From Enterobacter phage EspM4VN: a stretch of 64,000 bases of DNA. The DNA lies in the sequence record LC373201.2; one strand, given 5' to 3'. The translations under genes were made by a program, and so were the position numbers. The notes under the pieces are model-generated. The model saw only the letters and a program-made list of their open reading frames with translations, was not told the origin of the DNA and did no database searches. This document shows, piece after piece, positions 8,772 to 17,608 of this stretch (position 1 is the stretch's first letter; every line of letters begins with the position of its first letter).

Positions 8772-9761
8772 ATGTCTAATATCACTATCGTTTCCGACCA
8801 GTACGCATGGGAAAACAAATACCGCCCCGACAACCTGGATGAGATCATCATCCCTCAGGACGTCCGCGCCAAAATCCATGGCTACATTACCAGCGGCAAC
8901 GGCAACATCCCGTCTATGCTGTTCTACTCCCCTGGACCTGGTACTGGCAAGACCACTTCTGCTCTGGCCGTGTGTAATGAAATCGGCTGTAAGCAACCTC
9001 TGTTGATCAACGCATCCCTAGACAACAGCATCGATGTGATCCGTGATCGTGTGATTCAGTATTCTACTGGTGTGAGCGTATTCGGCGGTCGCAAAGTCGT
9101 TATCCTCGACGAAGTAGAGCGTCTGTCTATGGCAGCACAGGAGTCGCTGAAGGGTATCGTGGAGAAGGTCTCCAAGAACTGTTCATTCATCCTGACCACC
9201 AACGCCAAGCAACGCGTGAACGAACCTCTGCGCTCTCGTTGCCGTGAAATCGACTTTATCTGGAACGAGCAGGAAGCACTGGAAGTTCAGAACAAGTTCT
9301 GCCTGCGTTGCGTTGAAATCCTCCGCGCCGAAGGTGTTGAGTTCGTTCCTCAGGTGTTGGCCGCCATCGTCAAGCGCAACTTCCCTGACAACCGCCGCAT
9401 CATGGGTGCCCTGCAAGACAACGTCACCACCTACGGCAAGATTGATGAACGCGCTCTGGCTGTCCTGAAAGCTGCCGACCTCGGTACTCTGGTCAGTATG
9501 CTGAAATCCAATGACTGGGCTGGCATGAAGCAGTGGGTGACCGACAACCAGAACTACATCACTGAAGACTTCTATTCCCGCTTCTTCCAGTTCTGTGTAC
9601 CACAGGACAAAGAGAAGTCGATGGCTGTGCAATCCGAGTCTATTCCTGATCTGGTGTGCGTGTGTGGTCAGTCTCAAATTGAGCACCGTCAGGTCGGGGA
9701 CGTATGGCTGCATGCCGTGTACTTCCTGACCAACATCATGCTCAACATCAAGTGGAAGTGA
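8772..9761 (+). CDS. 44: clamp loader large subunit (gp44, AAA+)
   Basis: ENKYRPDNLDEIIIPQD..SPGPGTGKTT Walker A, VVILDE Walker B, SRC motif; start at ATG 8772 (RBS GAGG) rather than upstream GTG 8718. Confidence 0.9.
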   Translation: MSNITIVSDQYAWENKYRPDNLDEIIIPQDVRAKIHGYITSGNGNIPSMLFYSPGPGTGKTTSALAVCNEIGCKQPLLINASLDNSIDVIRDRVIQYSTGVSVFGGRKVVILDEVERLSMAAQESLKGIVEKVSKNCSFILTTNAKQRVNEPLRSRCREIDFIWNEQEALEVQNKFCLRCVEILRAEGVEFVPQVLAAIVKRNFPDNRRIMGALQDNVTTYGKIDERALAVLKAADLGTLVSMLKSNDWAGMKQWVTDNQNYITEDFYSRFFQFCVPQDKEKSMAVQSESIPDLVCVCGQSQIEHRQVGDVWLHAVYFLTNIMLNIKWK

Positions 9762-9765
9762 TACT

Positions 9766-10188
9766 ATGGCCGCTCCTGGATTGTTCGATTATCTGTCTGC
9801 CCTGAACAGCAGCAAAGAGAACCTTCTGCAAACCGATGATCCGGAAGTGCTGAAGGGGTTCGACCCGTTCATGACGCGGCGTGGTCTCGCTCAGAGCAAA
9901 GACACTCTGGTGTTCGCTCAGCAAATGAACAAGCTGCATGCCATCACTCCATGGATGCAATGGTCATACGCCTTTCATTCCATTCCGGCGCGGAAACGCT
10001 ACGACAAATGGTCTAAGAAAGGTCCGATCGATCCTGACGTGAAGTTACTCTCTGAGTACTTCTACATCAGCATGGAGAAGGCATCCGAGTACGTCCGTTT
10101 CTTGCCGAAGGAAGTCCTGGCCGAGATACGTGAGAAGATGGGACGTACTGAGCTGAACGCCAAAGCGAAACCGCGCAAGGCTAAGTAG
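9766..10188 (+). CDS. 62: clamp loader small subunit (gp62)
   Basis: Position after gene 44; PARKRYDKWSKK matches T4 gp62 PRGKRYGKWAK. Confidence 0.6.
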   Translation: MAAPGLFDYLSALNSSKENLLQTDDPEVLKGFDPFMTRRGLAQSKDTLVFAQQMNKLHAITPWMQWSYAFHSIPARKRYDKWSKKGPIDPDVKLLSEYFYISMEKASEYVRFLPKEVLAEIREKMGRTELNAKAKPRKAK

Positions 10189-10217
10189 TTCAAACTATTG
10201 TAAAAGGGGAATGAGTC

Positions 10218-10682
10218 ATGGCGCGCAATACGCTAGACATATTGAACATTTCAGCCGTCAACGATGAGGCCAGCATCGTTGATTGTATGGTTGAAGTTCA
10301 ATTGAACCAAGATCGGCCAGGGATCTTCCTGGGGATCAAGGAAACACTGAGCCGAATTGGGGTAAACACGCGCCAAGAGCCGAATACTCTGTATCAGACT
10401 TGCCATATCCTCCATAAGTACGGCAAGTATTATATCGTTCACTTCAAGCATTTGTTCATGCTGGACGGCCATTACAACGGCTTCAACCGTGAGGACATCC
10501 TGCGGATGAACCGTATCATCAAGCTGCTTGAGCAGTGGAACATGGTGAAGGTCATTCATCCCGAGCAGGTCACCGAAGCCGCCGATATGTCACGCATCAA
10601 AGTGGTCAAACACGATCAGGTTCCCGAATGGAAACTGGTCCCAAAATACATTATCCGGCCTACAAAGGCCAAAAGCGAATAA
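10218..10682 (+). CDS. regA: translational repressor RegA
   Basis: KETLSRIGVNTRQEPNTLYQTCHILHKYGKYYIVHFKHLFMLDG vs T4 RegA KETLTRMGIANNKDKVLYQSCHILQKQGKYYIVHFKEMLRMDG; C-term EWKLVPKYIIRP vs EWKLVPKYTIGN. Confidence 0.8.
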   Translation: MARNTLDILNISAVNDEASIVDCMVEVQLNQDRPGIFLGIKETLSRIGVNTRQEPNTLYQTCHILHKYGKYYIVHFKHLFMLDGHYNGFNREDILRMNRIIKLLEQWNMVKVIHPEQVTEAADMSRIKVVKHDQVPEWKLVPKYIIRPTKAKSE

Positions 10683-10698
10683 CTGGAGTCGCTAAATC

Positions 10699-11562
10699 AT
10701 GACAACTACATTTTCTAAGAACGTGAATCTGAATCTGGCTTTCGGTAATGCAAAGGGCGATGTGACGTCGCCCGACTTCACTAAGATCCGCAACCAGGCC
10801 AAACTGGTACTGGAAGAAACTCGTGAACTGCTGGAAGCGGCTTATTTTGACCACGATGTAAAAATCGAGTTCACTGCTATTCCTCGCGAAGCCGCTGTAG
10901 TGGACATCAAAGATGTTATGCGACAAATCCTGGACGCCCAGGGTGACATCACCACTGTAAACGACGGCGTGGCGCACATTGCTGGTTTCGACGGCGACGA
11001 GTGCTTACAGCGCGTGTATGCCTCCAACATGAGCAAGTTCGTCCGCAGTAAAGATGAAGTTGTGCCAGCGCTGGACTACTATTACAACAAAGGCTTCCCA
11101 CGTGAAAGCCTGCGTATCGAAGGTGAATTCCCTCAGGCCTGCATCAAGGTGGTGGACACGATCACCGTTGACGGCAAAGAGTATCCAGCAGGTAAGTTCC
11201 TGAAGAACATGGCCACTTTCAAAGAGCCTGACTTCAGTGATATGCTGACCGCCGAGCCTAAGCGCCAGATCACCGAAATCATCGTGACGGGCACTGCCAC
11301 TGCGGGTCGAATGGGCATGAACGAATCCATGGGCGTTGCATACGCACCTTTCGATTTCCCAGAAGAGATCCTTCGGTACGCCGAGATGGGCTTCCAGGCG
11401 TATTCTGGGGAAGCGCTGGAGAGTTACATCCCTGTGTTTGAGCTGAACGAAGTAAACTTCCCGACTCTGCCTCTCCTGTGGGGTACGTGGAAAGCCAACA
11501 TCCGCGTTTACGTTTCCAGCCCAGTGCAATCTTCAATCACCCAGCTGACCCGTATCGATTAA
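10699..11562 (+). CDS. hypothetical protein (287 aa) at the position of T4 gene 43
   Basis: Long ORF; EETRELLEA motif is MazG/NTP-pyrophosphohydrolase-like only weakly; unknown. Confidence 0.5.
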   Translation: MTTTFSKNVNLNLAFGNAKGDVTSPDFTKIRNQAKLVLEETRELLEAAYFDHDVKIEFTAIPREAAVVDIKDVMRQILDAQGDITTVNDGVAHIAGFDGDECLQRVYASNMSKFVRSKDEVVPALDYYYNKGFPRESLRIEGEFPQACIKVVDTITVDGKEYPAGKFLKNMATFKEPDFSDMLTAEPKRQITEIIVTGTATAGRMGMNESMGVAYAPFDFPEEILRYAEMGFQAYSGEALESYIPVFELNEVNFPTLPLLWGTWKANIRVYVSSPVQSSITQLTRID

Positions 11563-11630
11563 GATATCCGGTTATTCACTAAACAACAGAGGCTATAATG
11601 GCCTCTGTTTTCGTATTCTAAGAGGATACC

Positions 11631-12845
11631 ATGAAAGATAAAGCCCTGGACGTCCCGTACTGCGGTGTCCGTGAAGACAAGATAAAGTCGGCCAAACCGG
11701 TTCTCAGTCCGACCCATACCCGCCTGTCTTATGACTGGATGAGCGAGCGTTATAAGATCCACGTTCGAAAGGACGTCCAGCGTCTTCCTGCTCCTTGGAC
11801 TAACAATCCTATACTACGGCAGGTCAAGTTCTGTAACGTCCGGAGAGAGCACGACAGGCAGTCTCTCAACCTGATCAATAACATTGTCAAGAACGATGCT
11901 CTGGGCATGGCAGACAAGATGTTCAACTGCGTTCTGTTCCGCATGTTCAATCTCTGGGATCCGATTCAGGCTATCGGCGGCGCGATGACGATCAACGATT
12001 TCGCCAAGATTAATCTTGACGCAACCCGTGAACGTCTGCAGAAATTCGAGGCTGACGGTGGTAAGGTATTCACCAATGCCTTCAACACAGGCGGCCTGAA
12101 GCAATGCCTGGCTTTCCCTGAGCTGGTTGTCAACCACAAGGAGCAGCGCTTCGGTGGGATGATGGTGAAAGTGTATCGCGTTGGTCAGGGTATCGTTGAC
12201 GAGATGGATTACAAGGTCGCCAAAAAGCTCGCCGAAGAGAATCCTGGTGAGTACACCATCGAAGGATGGGAACCGTACATGCCAATGCGTGTCATCCGTT
12301 CCCTGAAGGCATTCGTCAACAAGTATCCAAATTACTTCCATGACCTGCTGCGCCTTGATACTCCTTTGGAAGTATACCAGCGCATGTATGACGACATCGA
12401 AGGGCTTGGTCCATTCTTGGCCTATCAGATCTGGGTTGATTTCACGTACATGCCTGGTTATCCTTTCAGCGAGAACCACTTCACGATCGCCGGACCAGGC
12501 TGTCGCGCAGGCATCGATCTGCTGTTCCTGAACAAAGACGGCATGACTCACGAAGAATGCATCTTCTGGTTGCGGGACAATCAGGACGCAGTGTACTCCC
12601 AATATGGGTATGTTCGCGAGCAATTCTGGTCGGCCGAAGAGCCTGTAGACCAATGCATGAACGTCATGCAGCTGGAGAACATGTTCTGTGAACTGAGCAA
12701 GTACACGCGCTGTGTTGAGGCCGTCGGGCGTGGTGAAAAACCTCGGGGCAAAGTCGGTTACAACGGCGGGGAAGTACATGTGTCGCCGCCAAAGACGCAT
12801 GTACTCTCCGTCAATCTACTCAACCGTTTGAAGAAACCTGAATAA
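11631..12845 (+). CDS. hypothetical protein (404 aa)
   Basis: Long ORF with RBS AAGAGGA; no motif recognised. Confidence 0.55.
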   Translation: MKDKALDVPYCGVREDKIKSAKPVLSPTHTRLSYDWMSERYKIHVRKDVQRLPAPWTNNPILRQVKFCNVRREHDRQSLNLINNIVKNDALGMADKMFNCVLFRMFNLWDPIQAIGGAMTINDFAKINLDATRERLQKFEADGGKVFTNAFNTGGLKQCLAFPELVVNHKEQRFGGMMVKVYRVGQGIVDEMDYKVAKKLAEENPGEYTIEGWEPYMPMRVIRSLKAFVNKYPNYFHDLLRLDTPLEVYQRMYDDIEGLGPFLAYQIWVDFTYMPGYPFSENHFTIAGPGCRAGIDLLFLNKDGMTHEECIFWLRDNQDAVYSQYGYVREQFWSAEEPVDQCMNVMQLENMFCELSKYTRCVEAVGRGEKPRGKVGYNGGEVHVSPPKTHVLSVNLLNRLKKPE

Positions 12846-12960
12846 AGATTCCCTTTACTTCATTCTTCAATAACTCTTTTCAACGTATTATTGACCTCAC
12901 TTAAACGAAGCGCCCTAGCAAACGGGGCGCACATTTGAACTGAAACAGGAAGACTACATC

Positions 12961-14991
12961 ATGTCAGAATTTAAGCCCTTCGCAGTAGCTGTTAACAATA
13001 ACGTGCTGGCCATGTCGGCAACTGGTCTGTTCATGACCAATATCGATAAAGATGCTCTGTGGGATCTGTATCTGTCTTCTTTCCCTGCTGGTACCAACCC
13101 GCTTTACCGTGAGCGTACCGAGCACGACTGCACCTGCTGCAAACAATTCATCCGTAACATCGGCGGTGTGGTGACCATCACCCCTGATTACGAAATGATT
13201 ACTATCTGGGACGGTATTCAGCTGGGTAACGAATACGATGTTGTCGCTGCGGCGCTGTCTGCGTATGTTAAGCAGCACGCAATCGTCGACGTGTACTTCA
13301 ACGACACCAAGAAAGTCGGTGTTGAGTCGAATCACGAAATGAAAGACGGCAACGTCCGCACGTACAATCACTTCCACACCGACCTGCTCAGCAAATTCGT
13401 TTTGCGCGGCGACGACATTGCTTCTAAGAAGGGTGAAATCCGCCAGGCTGTAGAAGTATTTCGTCGCTCGGCTGAAGAATTGACTCTGGAGTCGGTTGAA
13501 ATCGTTCTGGAACTCATTGATCAGAATTCTCTGTACCGTGGCGACGAACACAAGCACACGGTCAAGAACTTCTTTGATTTCAAACGTAAACTGTTCCCTC
13601 GCGTTCAGCAAATGCCAGAAGCGCAGAAATCTATGTTCTACTGGTACGAAGGTACTCGTGAAAACGTGGCTCGTTCCTTGGGTATCCGAAACACTGTCAT
13701 CGGTACGTTGCTGCAAGATCTGTCAGAAGGCCGCGACCTGGAAACCGCCGTCAAGTCTTTCGAAGCCAAAGTCGCTCCGACGAACTACAAGCGCCCAACC
13801 GCGCTGGTCACGAAGTCCATGATCGAAAATGCGCAGAAAGAAGTTGAAGCGCTGGGGCTGACTGATTCGCTCGGCCGCCGTTATGCTGTGTATGACGACC
13901 TGACCATCAACAACGTCCTGTTCGCCGATCTGGCGGCTCAGAAGAAGATGGACCCGTTTGCTCAGCTGGCGTCTGAAGTGAAGACTCCGACCAAGTCCCT
14001 AGATAAGGTTGAAGAGATCACGATCGACGACTTCCTGGCCAATGTGCTGCCGAAAGCGCACTCAATGGAAGTGCTGGTTGAGAACTCTCATACTGGCAAC
14101 CTGATGTCTCTGATCGCTCCGGCTACCGCAGGCGCTCCTAACCTGTTCAAGTGGAACAACGGCTTCAGCTGGTCGTACAATGGCGAAGTGGCCGACTCCA
14201 TCAAAGAGCGTGTGAAGACAGCAGGCGGTAACGTCGACGGTTTCCTCCGTGTGTCGCTGGCGTGGCATAACAACGACGACCTGGACCTGAGCATGAACGA
14301 TCCGCTGCACAATCATGTGTATTACCACAACCGTCGTTCGGCAACTGGCGCAACCCTGGATATCGACATGAACGGTATGGACGGTATTGATCCAAACCGC
14401 CGTCCGGTTGAGAACATCTTCTTTAGCGATGAGCGCCGACTGCGTGATGGGGAATATAAATTCTATGTCACCAACTTTAGACAGCGCGAAACCTGTGATG
14501 CGGGCTTCGAAATCGAAGTCGAATACAAAGGTCAGACCAAGCGTTATTCGCATCCTGTTATGAAGGACAAAGATCGCATTCTGGCTGTTGTGATTGATGT
14601 CCGTGCTGGTCAGGTAGTGGATATTCGTTCAGACCTGAAAGACGATGCTCGCTCTCAGGAAATCTGGGGTATCAAGACTGCCGTCTTCCAGAAGGTGCAG
14701 CTGGTTCTGAACTCACCAAACCATTGGGACGGCGAGCAGACAGGCAACAAGCACGTGTTCTTCATCCTGGAAGGTTGTGCTAACCCTGTCGGCACCCGTG
14801 GCTTCTACAACGAGTATCTGAAGCCGGAACTGGATAAACACCGCAAGGTTTTTGAAATGTTAGGCGGTAAGATTAAGGTACAGCCAAGCACTGAGCAGCT
14901 GTCCGGTCTGGGCTTCTCCACCACCCAACGCAACCACGTGTTCGTGAAGGTGAGCGGCTCGTTCAACCGCACTGTGAAAGTTGTGTTCTAA
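12961..14991 (+). CDS. hypothetical protein (676 aa)
   Basis: Long ORF, optimal-looking codon usage, Cys cluster HDCTCCKQF; no family recognised. Confidence 0.55.
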   Translation: MSEFKPFAVAVNNNVLAMSATGLFMTNIDKDALWDLYLSSFPAGTNPLYRERTEHDCTCCKQFIRNIGGVVTITPDYEMITIWDGIQLGNEYDVVAAALSAYVKQHAIVDVYFNDTKKVGVESNHEMKDGNVRTYNHFHTDLLSKFVLRGDDIASKKGEIRQAVEVFRRSAEELTLESVEIVLELIDQNSLYRGDEHKHTVKNFFDFKRKLFPRVQQMPEAQKSMFYWYEGTRENVARSLGIRNTVIGTLLQDLSEGRDLETAVKSFEAKVAPTNYKRPTALVTKSMIENAQKEVEALGLTDSLGRRYAVYDDLTINNVLFADLAAQKKMDPFAQLASEVKTPTKSLDKVEEITIDDFLANVLPKAHSMEVLVENSHTGNLMSLIAPATAGAPNLFKWNNGFSWSYNGEVADSIKERVKTAGGNVDGFLRVSLAWHNNDDLDLSMNDPLHNHVYYHNRRSATGATLDIDMNGMDGIDPNRRPVENIFFSDERRLRDGEYKFYVTNFRQRETCDAGFEIEVEYKGQTKRYSHPVMKDKDRILAVVIDVRAGQVVDIRSDLKDDARSQEIWGIKTAVFQKVQLVLNSPNHWDGEQTGNKHVFFILEGCANPVGTRGFYNEYLKPELDKHRKVFEMLGGKIKVQPSTEQLSGLGFSTTQRNHVFVKVSGSFNRTVKVVF

Positions 14992-15035
14992 ACCTGATTT
15001 GAAACTGTAACCCATTCATCATTGAGGATAGTAAA

Positions 15036-15407
15036 ATGTTTGATAAAGCAACCCGTCTGAAACTGCGCTTCGAGTCTAACAAAGGTCTGCTGTCTGTTGA
15101 GCAGGTTTGGGACCTGAGCCTGACCGCTCTGAACGAAATGGCGAAAAGCCTGAGCCGTCAGGTGAAGGCAGCGGAAACCGATGAAGAAGATTTCATCGGC
15201 ACCAAAAGCAACGTTGACTCCGAACTGCAGCTGCGCTTCGACGTTGTCAAGCACATCATCGGCGTTAAGCTGAAAGAGCGTGACGACAGCAAAGACGCGG
15301 CAGAGCGTAAGGCGAACAACCAGGTTATCCTGGAACTGATCCAGCGTAAGAAACAGCAGGAGCTGGAAGGCAAATCTGTTGAAGAACTGGAAGCGCTGCT
15401 GAAATAA
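15036..15407 (+). CDS. hypothetical charged coiled-coil protein (123 aa)
   Basis: ORF with RBS GAGGA; followed by terminator. Confidence 0.5.
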   Translation: MFDKATRLKLRFESNKGLLSVEQVWDLSLTALNEMAKSLSRQVKAAETDEEDFIGTKSNVDSELQLRFDVVKHIIGVKLKERDDSKDAAERKANNQVILELIQRKKQQELEGKSVEELEALLK

Positions 15408-15428
15408 CCTGTCGGCCTCGGCCTGAGC

Positions 15429-15457
15429 AACCCCGCCATGTGCGGGGTTTCTTTTGG
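15429..15457 (+). terminator. rho-independent terminator
   Basis: CCCCGC-CATGT-GCGGGG then TTTCTTTTGG. Confidence 0.6.
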
Positions 15458-15466
15458 ACAAAGAAT

Positions 15467-15868
15467 ATGAAACCTGTCATCTGTGATTACTGCGGCCTCC
15501 CAGCCGAATTCGTCGGTGGTGATGTTCTCTACCCTCATCGCCCTGACCTTCGCAATCTGAAGTTCTGGGTTTGTACCCCATGTGACGCTCGTGTCGGTTG
15601 TCATACCCATGGCGACGGTAGACAGCCTCTGGGAAGGATGGCGAATGCCGCTCTCCGTGCCGAGAAGCAAAATGCCCATAGATCGTTTGACCCACTGTGG
15701 AAAAGCGGAGAAAGGAGCAGGAGCGACGCTTACAGTTGGCTGGCGCATAAGCTGGGGATCAAGAAGCGCGATTGCCATATCGGCTTGTTCGATATCGACA
15801 TGTGCCGTAAAGTAGTTGCTGTATGCAACCAATTACGGGAAACACAGAATGGCAACCATCAATCGTAA
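15467..15868 (+). CDS. zinc-finger protein, DUF3268-like
   Basis: MKPVICDYCGLPAEFVGGDVLYPHRPDL..FWVCTPCDARVGCH resembles the enterobacterial prophage DUF3268 family. Confidence 0.5.
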   Translation: MKPVICDYCGLPAEFVGGDVLYPHRPDLRNLKFWVCTPCDARVGCHTHGDGRQPLGRMANAALRAEKQNAHRSFDPLWKSGERSRSDAYSWLAHKLGIKKRDCHIGLFDIDMCRKVVAVCNQLRETQNGNHQS

Positions 15869-16643
15869 TGAACCCAAAGGTGTTGAGCTGAAGGGTAAAT
15901 CTGTTCGCGAAGGTCTGAAGCTGTCTCCAGACCTCCTGAAGTCACACATCGCCGAAGTCATCTATGAAGACCGTGAAGTCGGCGGCCACCGCGTCATCAC
16001 CTGCCACTTCAAGATGGACAACGGATTTATCGTCTGGGGCAAGAATAGCTCTACTTCCATCGACCCTGCCAACTTTGATGAAGAGTTGGGCAAGAAGCTG
16101 GCCTATGACAAGACCTTCTCCCAGTTGTGGGAACTGGAAGCCTACCGCGCCGTCGTAGAGAAGCAGATGTTGGAGGTGGCTACCGCCGATGCGAAGATAG
16201 ACATTTTCCAGTACATCTCCGAAAGGGGGAAGATAAATCAGATGGCTGGCATGGAATTCTTGAAAGGTCATGGCCAGTCTTTCTTGTTCCACCACTCACG
16301 AGATCCGAGTCGAGGGTTCGTTGCTGATTTTGTTCAAACAGACAATGAACGATACAACGACCAACACAACAGTAAAGCCCAAGCTGGGGTGGAAGCATAT
16401 CTGCGTTCGCACATGCTACCAGATGAACTGTATTCTGAACTCGTTGTTCGTCTGGCCAAGACTTGCGCGGCGGCTTACAAGGGTGGGATCTACTTTAATG
16501 CCACCACTTGGGATAAGATGAGCGCTGAAGAACAGAAAGACTGCTGTGAAGACATCAGGCGGCTCTTGCTGGCTCCGGTGGATTATATCCCAACCGACCA
16601 GAAGGACGCGCTGTTCAAGGCCATCGTAGACTCCTACAAATAA
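15849..16643 (+). CDS. Phage_gp49_66-family protein (N4 gp49-like N-terminal domain)
   Basis: HRVITCHFKMDNGFIVWGKNSSTSIDPANFDEELGKKLAYDKTFSQLWELEAYRA fits the family signature; start ATG 15849 overlaps the upstream gene. Confidence 0.5.
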   Translation: MATINRNEPKGVELKGKSVREGLKLSPDLLKSHIAEVIYEDREVGGHRVITCHFKMDNGFIVWGKNSSTSIDPANFDEELGKKLAYDKTFSQLWELEAYRAVVEKQMLEVATADAKIDIFQYISERGKINQMAGMEFLKGHGQSFLFHHSRDPSRGFVADFVQTDNERYNDQHNSKAQAGVEAYLRSHMLPDELYSELVVRLAKTCAAAYKGGIYFNATTWDKMSAEEQKDCCEDIRRLLLAPVDYIPTDQKDALFKAIVDSYK

Positions 16644-16674
16644 CTGAATTATCAAACTCCTTCAATAACAATGA

Positions 16675-16705
16675 CGCCCAGTATATTTGCTGGGCGTTTC
16701 AATTT
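16675..16705 (+). terminator. rho-independent terminator
   Basis: CGCCCAG-TATATTTG-CTGGGCG then TTTCAATTTG. Confidence 0.55.
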
Positions 16706-16753
16706 GTGCATCACAGTATAATACGGCTGTACAATACACCATGAGGCTACATT

Positions 16754-17608
16754 ATGTTTCGTTTGAAATTGAACGACCAAGATGTGTTCTACAAACACTT
16801 CACCTTCCCAGGTGGTGAGGAACACGTCAAGATCCAAAAGGCTGGCATCCCTGTCGGAAGAGTAAGAACCGTGGAAATCGAAGCCCATATCAAAACGTCG
16901 GCAGGCTTCATTGAACTGGCGCTATTAATGGACGCCTTGCGTGGTCTGGGTAACGTGGATCGCATGACGGAATATCACGTCACTATCCCTTACTTCCCAT
17001 ATGCCCGCCAGGATCGCCGTTGCGACTTTGGTGAGCCTCTGTCGGTGAAGTGGGCGGCTGAGTTCATCAATAGTATGAACTTTGACAATGTGTGGATCAA
17101 AGACCCTCACAGCAATGTCGTTACTTCTCTGATCAACAACGTCCATGTGGTCCCGCAAGATTACATCGTGCGTCAGTATCTGGGCTGGTTCATCCGTGGG
17201 AACAACGCTGTGTTGGTAGCCCCTGACGGCGGCGCGGCGAAGAAGACCGAAACCCTCAGCCTGTCATTGGATGGCGTTCCTGTTGTCTACGGGCACAAGA
17301 ATCGTGACACCAAGACTGGTGAGATCATTGGGGTGAGCATTACAAACCCTGAACTGATCAAAGACCGCTATCTGGTAGTGGTCGATGATATCTGTGACGG
17401 TGGGCGCACGTTTGTTGAGCTGGGCAAAGAGCTTCAGAAGCACAAGCCTAAGCACATGACGCTCTTCGTCACCCATGGCATCTTCAGCAAAGGTCTCTCT
17501 GTTTTCGACGGGATCTACGATGCTGTGTATGCCGACACTGTCTGGTGGGAGAACATCACCGCCGACGGTCTTCCTTTCAAAACTGAAAATACAGGACGTG
17601 TAAAATGA
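16754..17608 (+). CDS. ribose-phosphate pyrophosphokinase homologue (Prs/Adps-like)
   Basis: PRPP-binding loop VVVDDICDGGRTF; 284 aa; stop overlaps start of next gene (ATGA). Confidence 0.8.
   Translation: MFRLKLNDQDVFYKHFTFPGGEEHVKIQKAGIPVGRVRTVEIEAHIKTSAGFIELALLMDALRGLGNVDRMTEYHVTIPYFPYARQDRRCDFGEPLSVKWAAEFINSMNFDNVWIKDPHSNVVTSLINNVHVVPQDYIVRQYLGWFIRGNNAVLVAPDGGAAKKTETLSLSLDGVPVVYGHKNRDTKTGEIIGVSITNPELIKDRYLVVVDDICDGGRTFVELGKELQKHKPKHMTLFVTHGIFSKGLSVFDGIYDAVYADTVWWENITADGLPFKTENTGRVK

Noticed and set aside
12854-12891. Early promoter upstream of the 12961 gene
   Set aside because: TTTACT and the TTCAATAA box are present, but the spacing to any acceptable -10 (TTTTCA or TATTAT) is wrong. 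This is a degenerate copy.
12961-14991. MKDGNVR read as a ligase/nucleotidyltransferase motif I (KxDGxR) in the 676-aa protein
   Set aside because: The lysine is directly followed by Asp (KDG, not KxDG) and no other ligase motifs (III, IV, V) are visible. Treated as coincidence.
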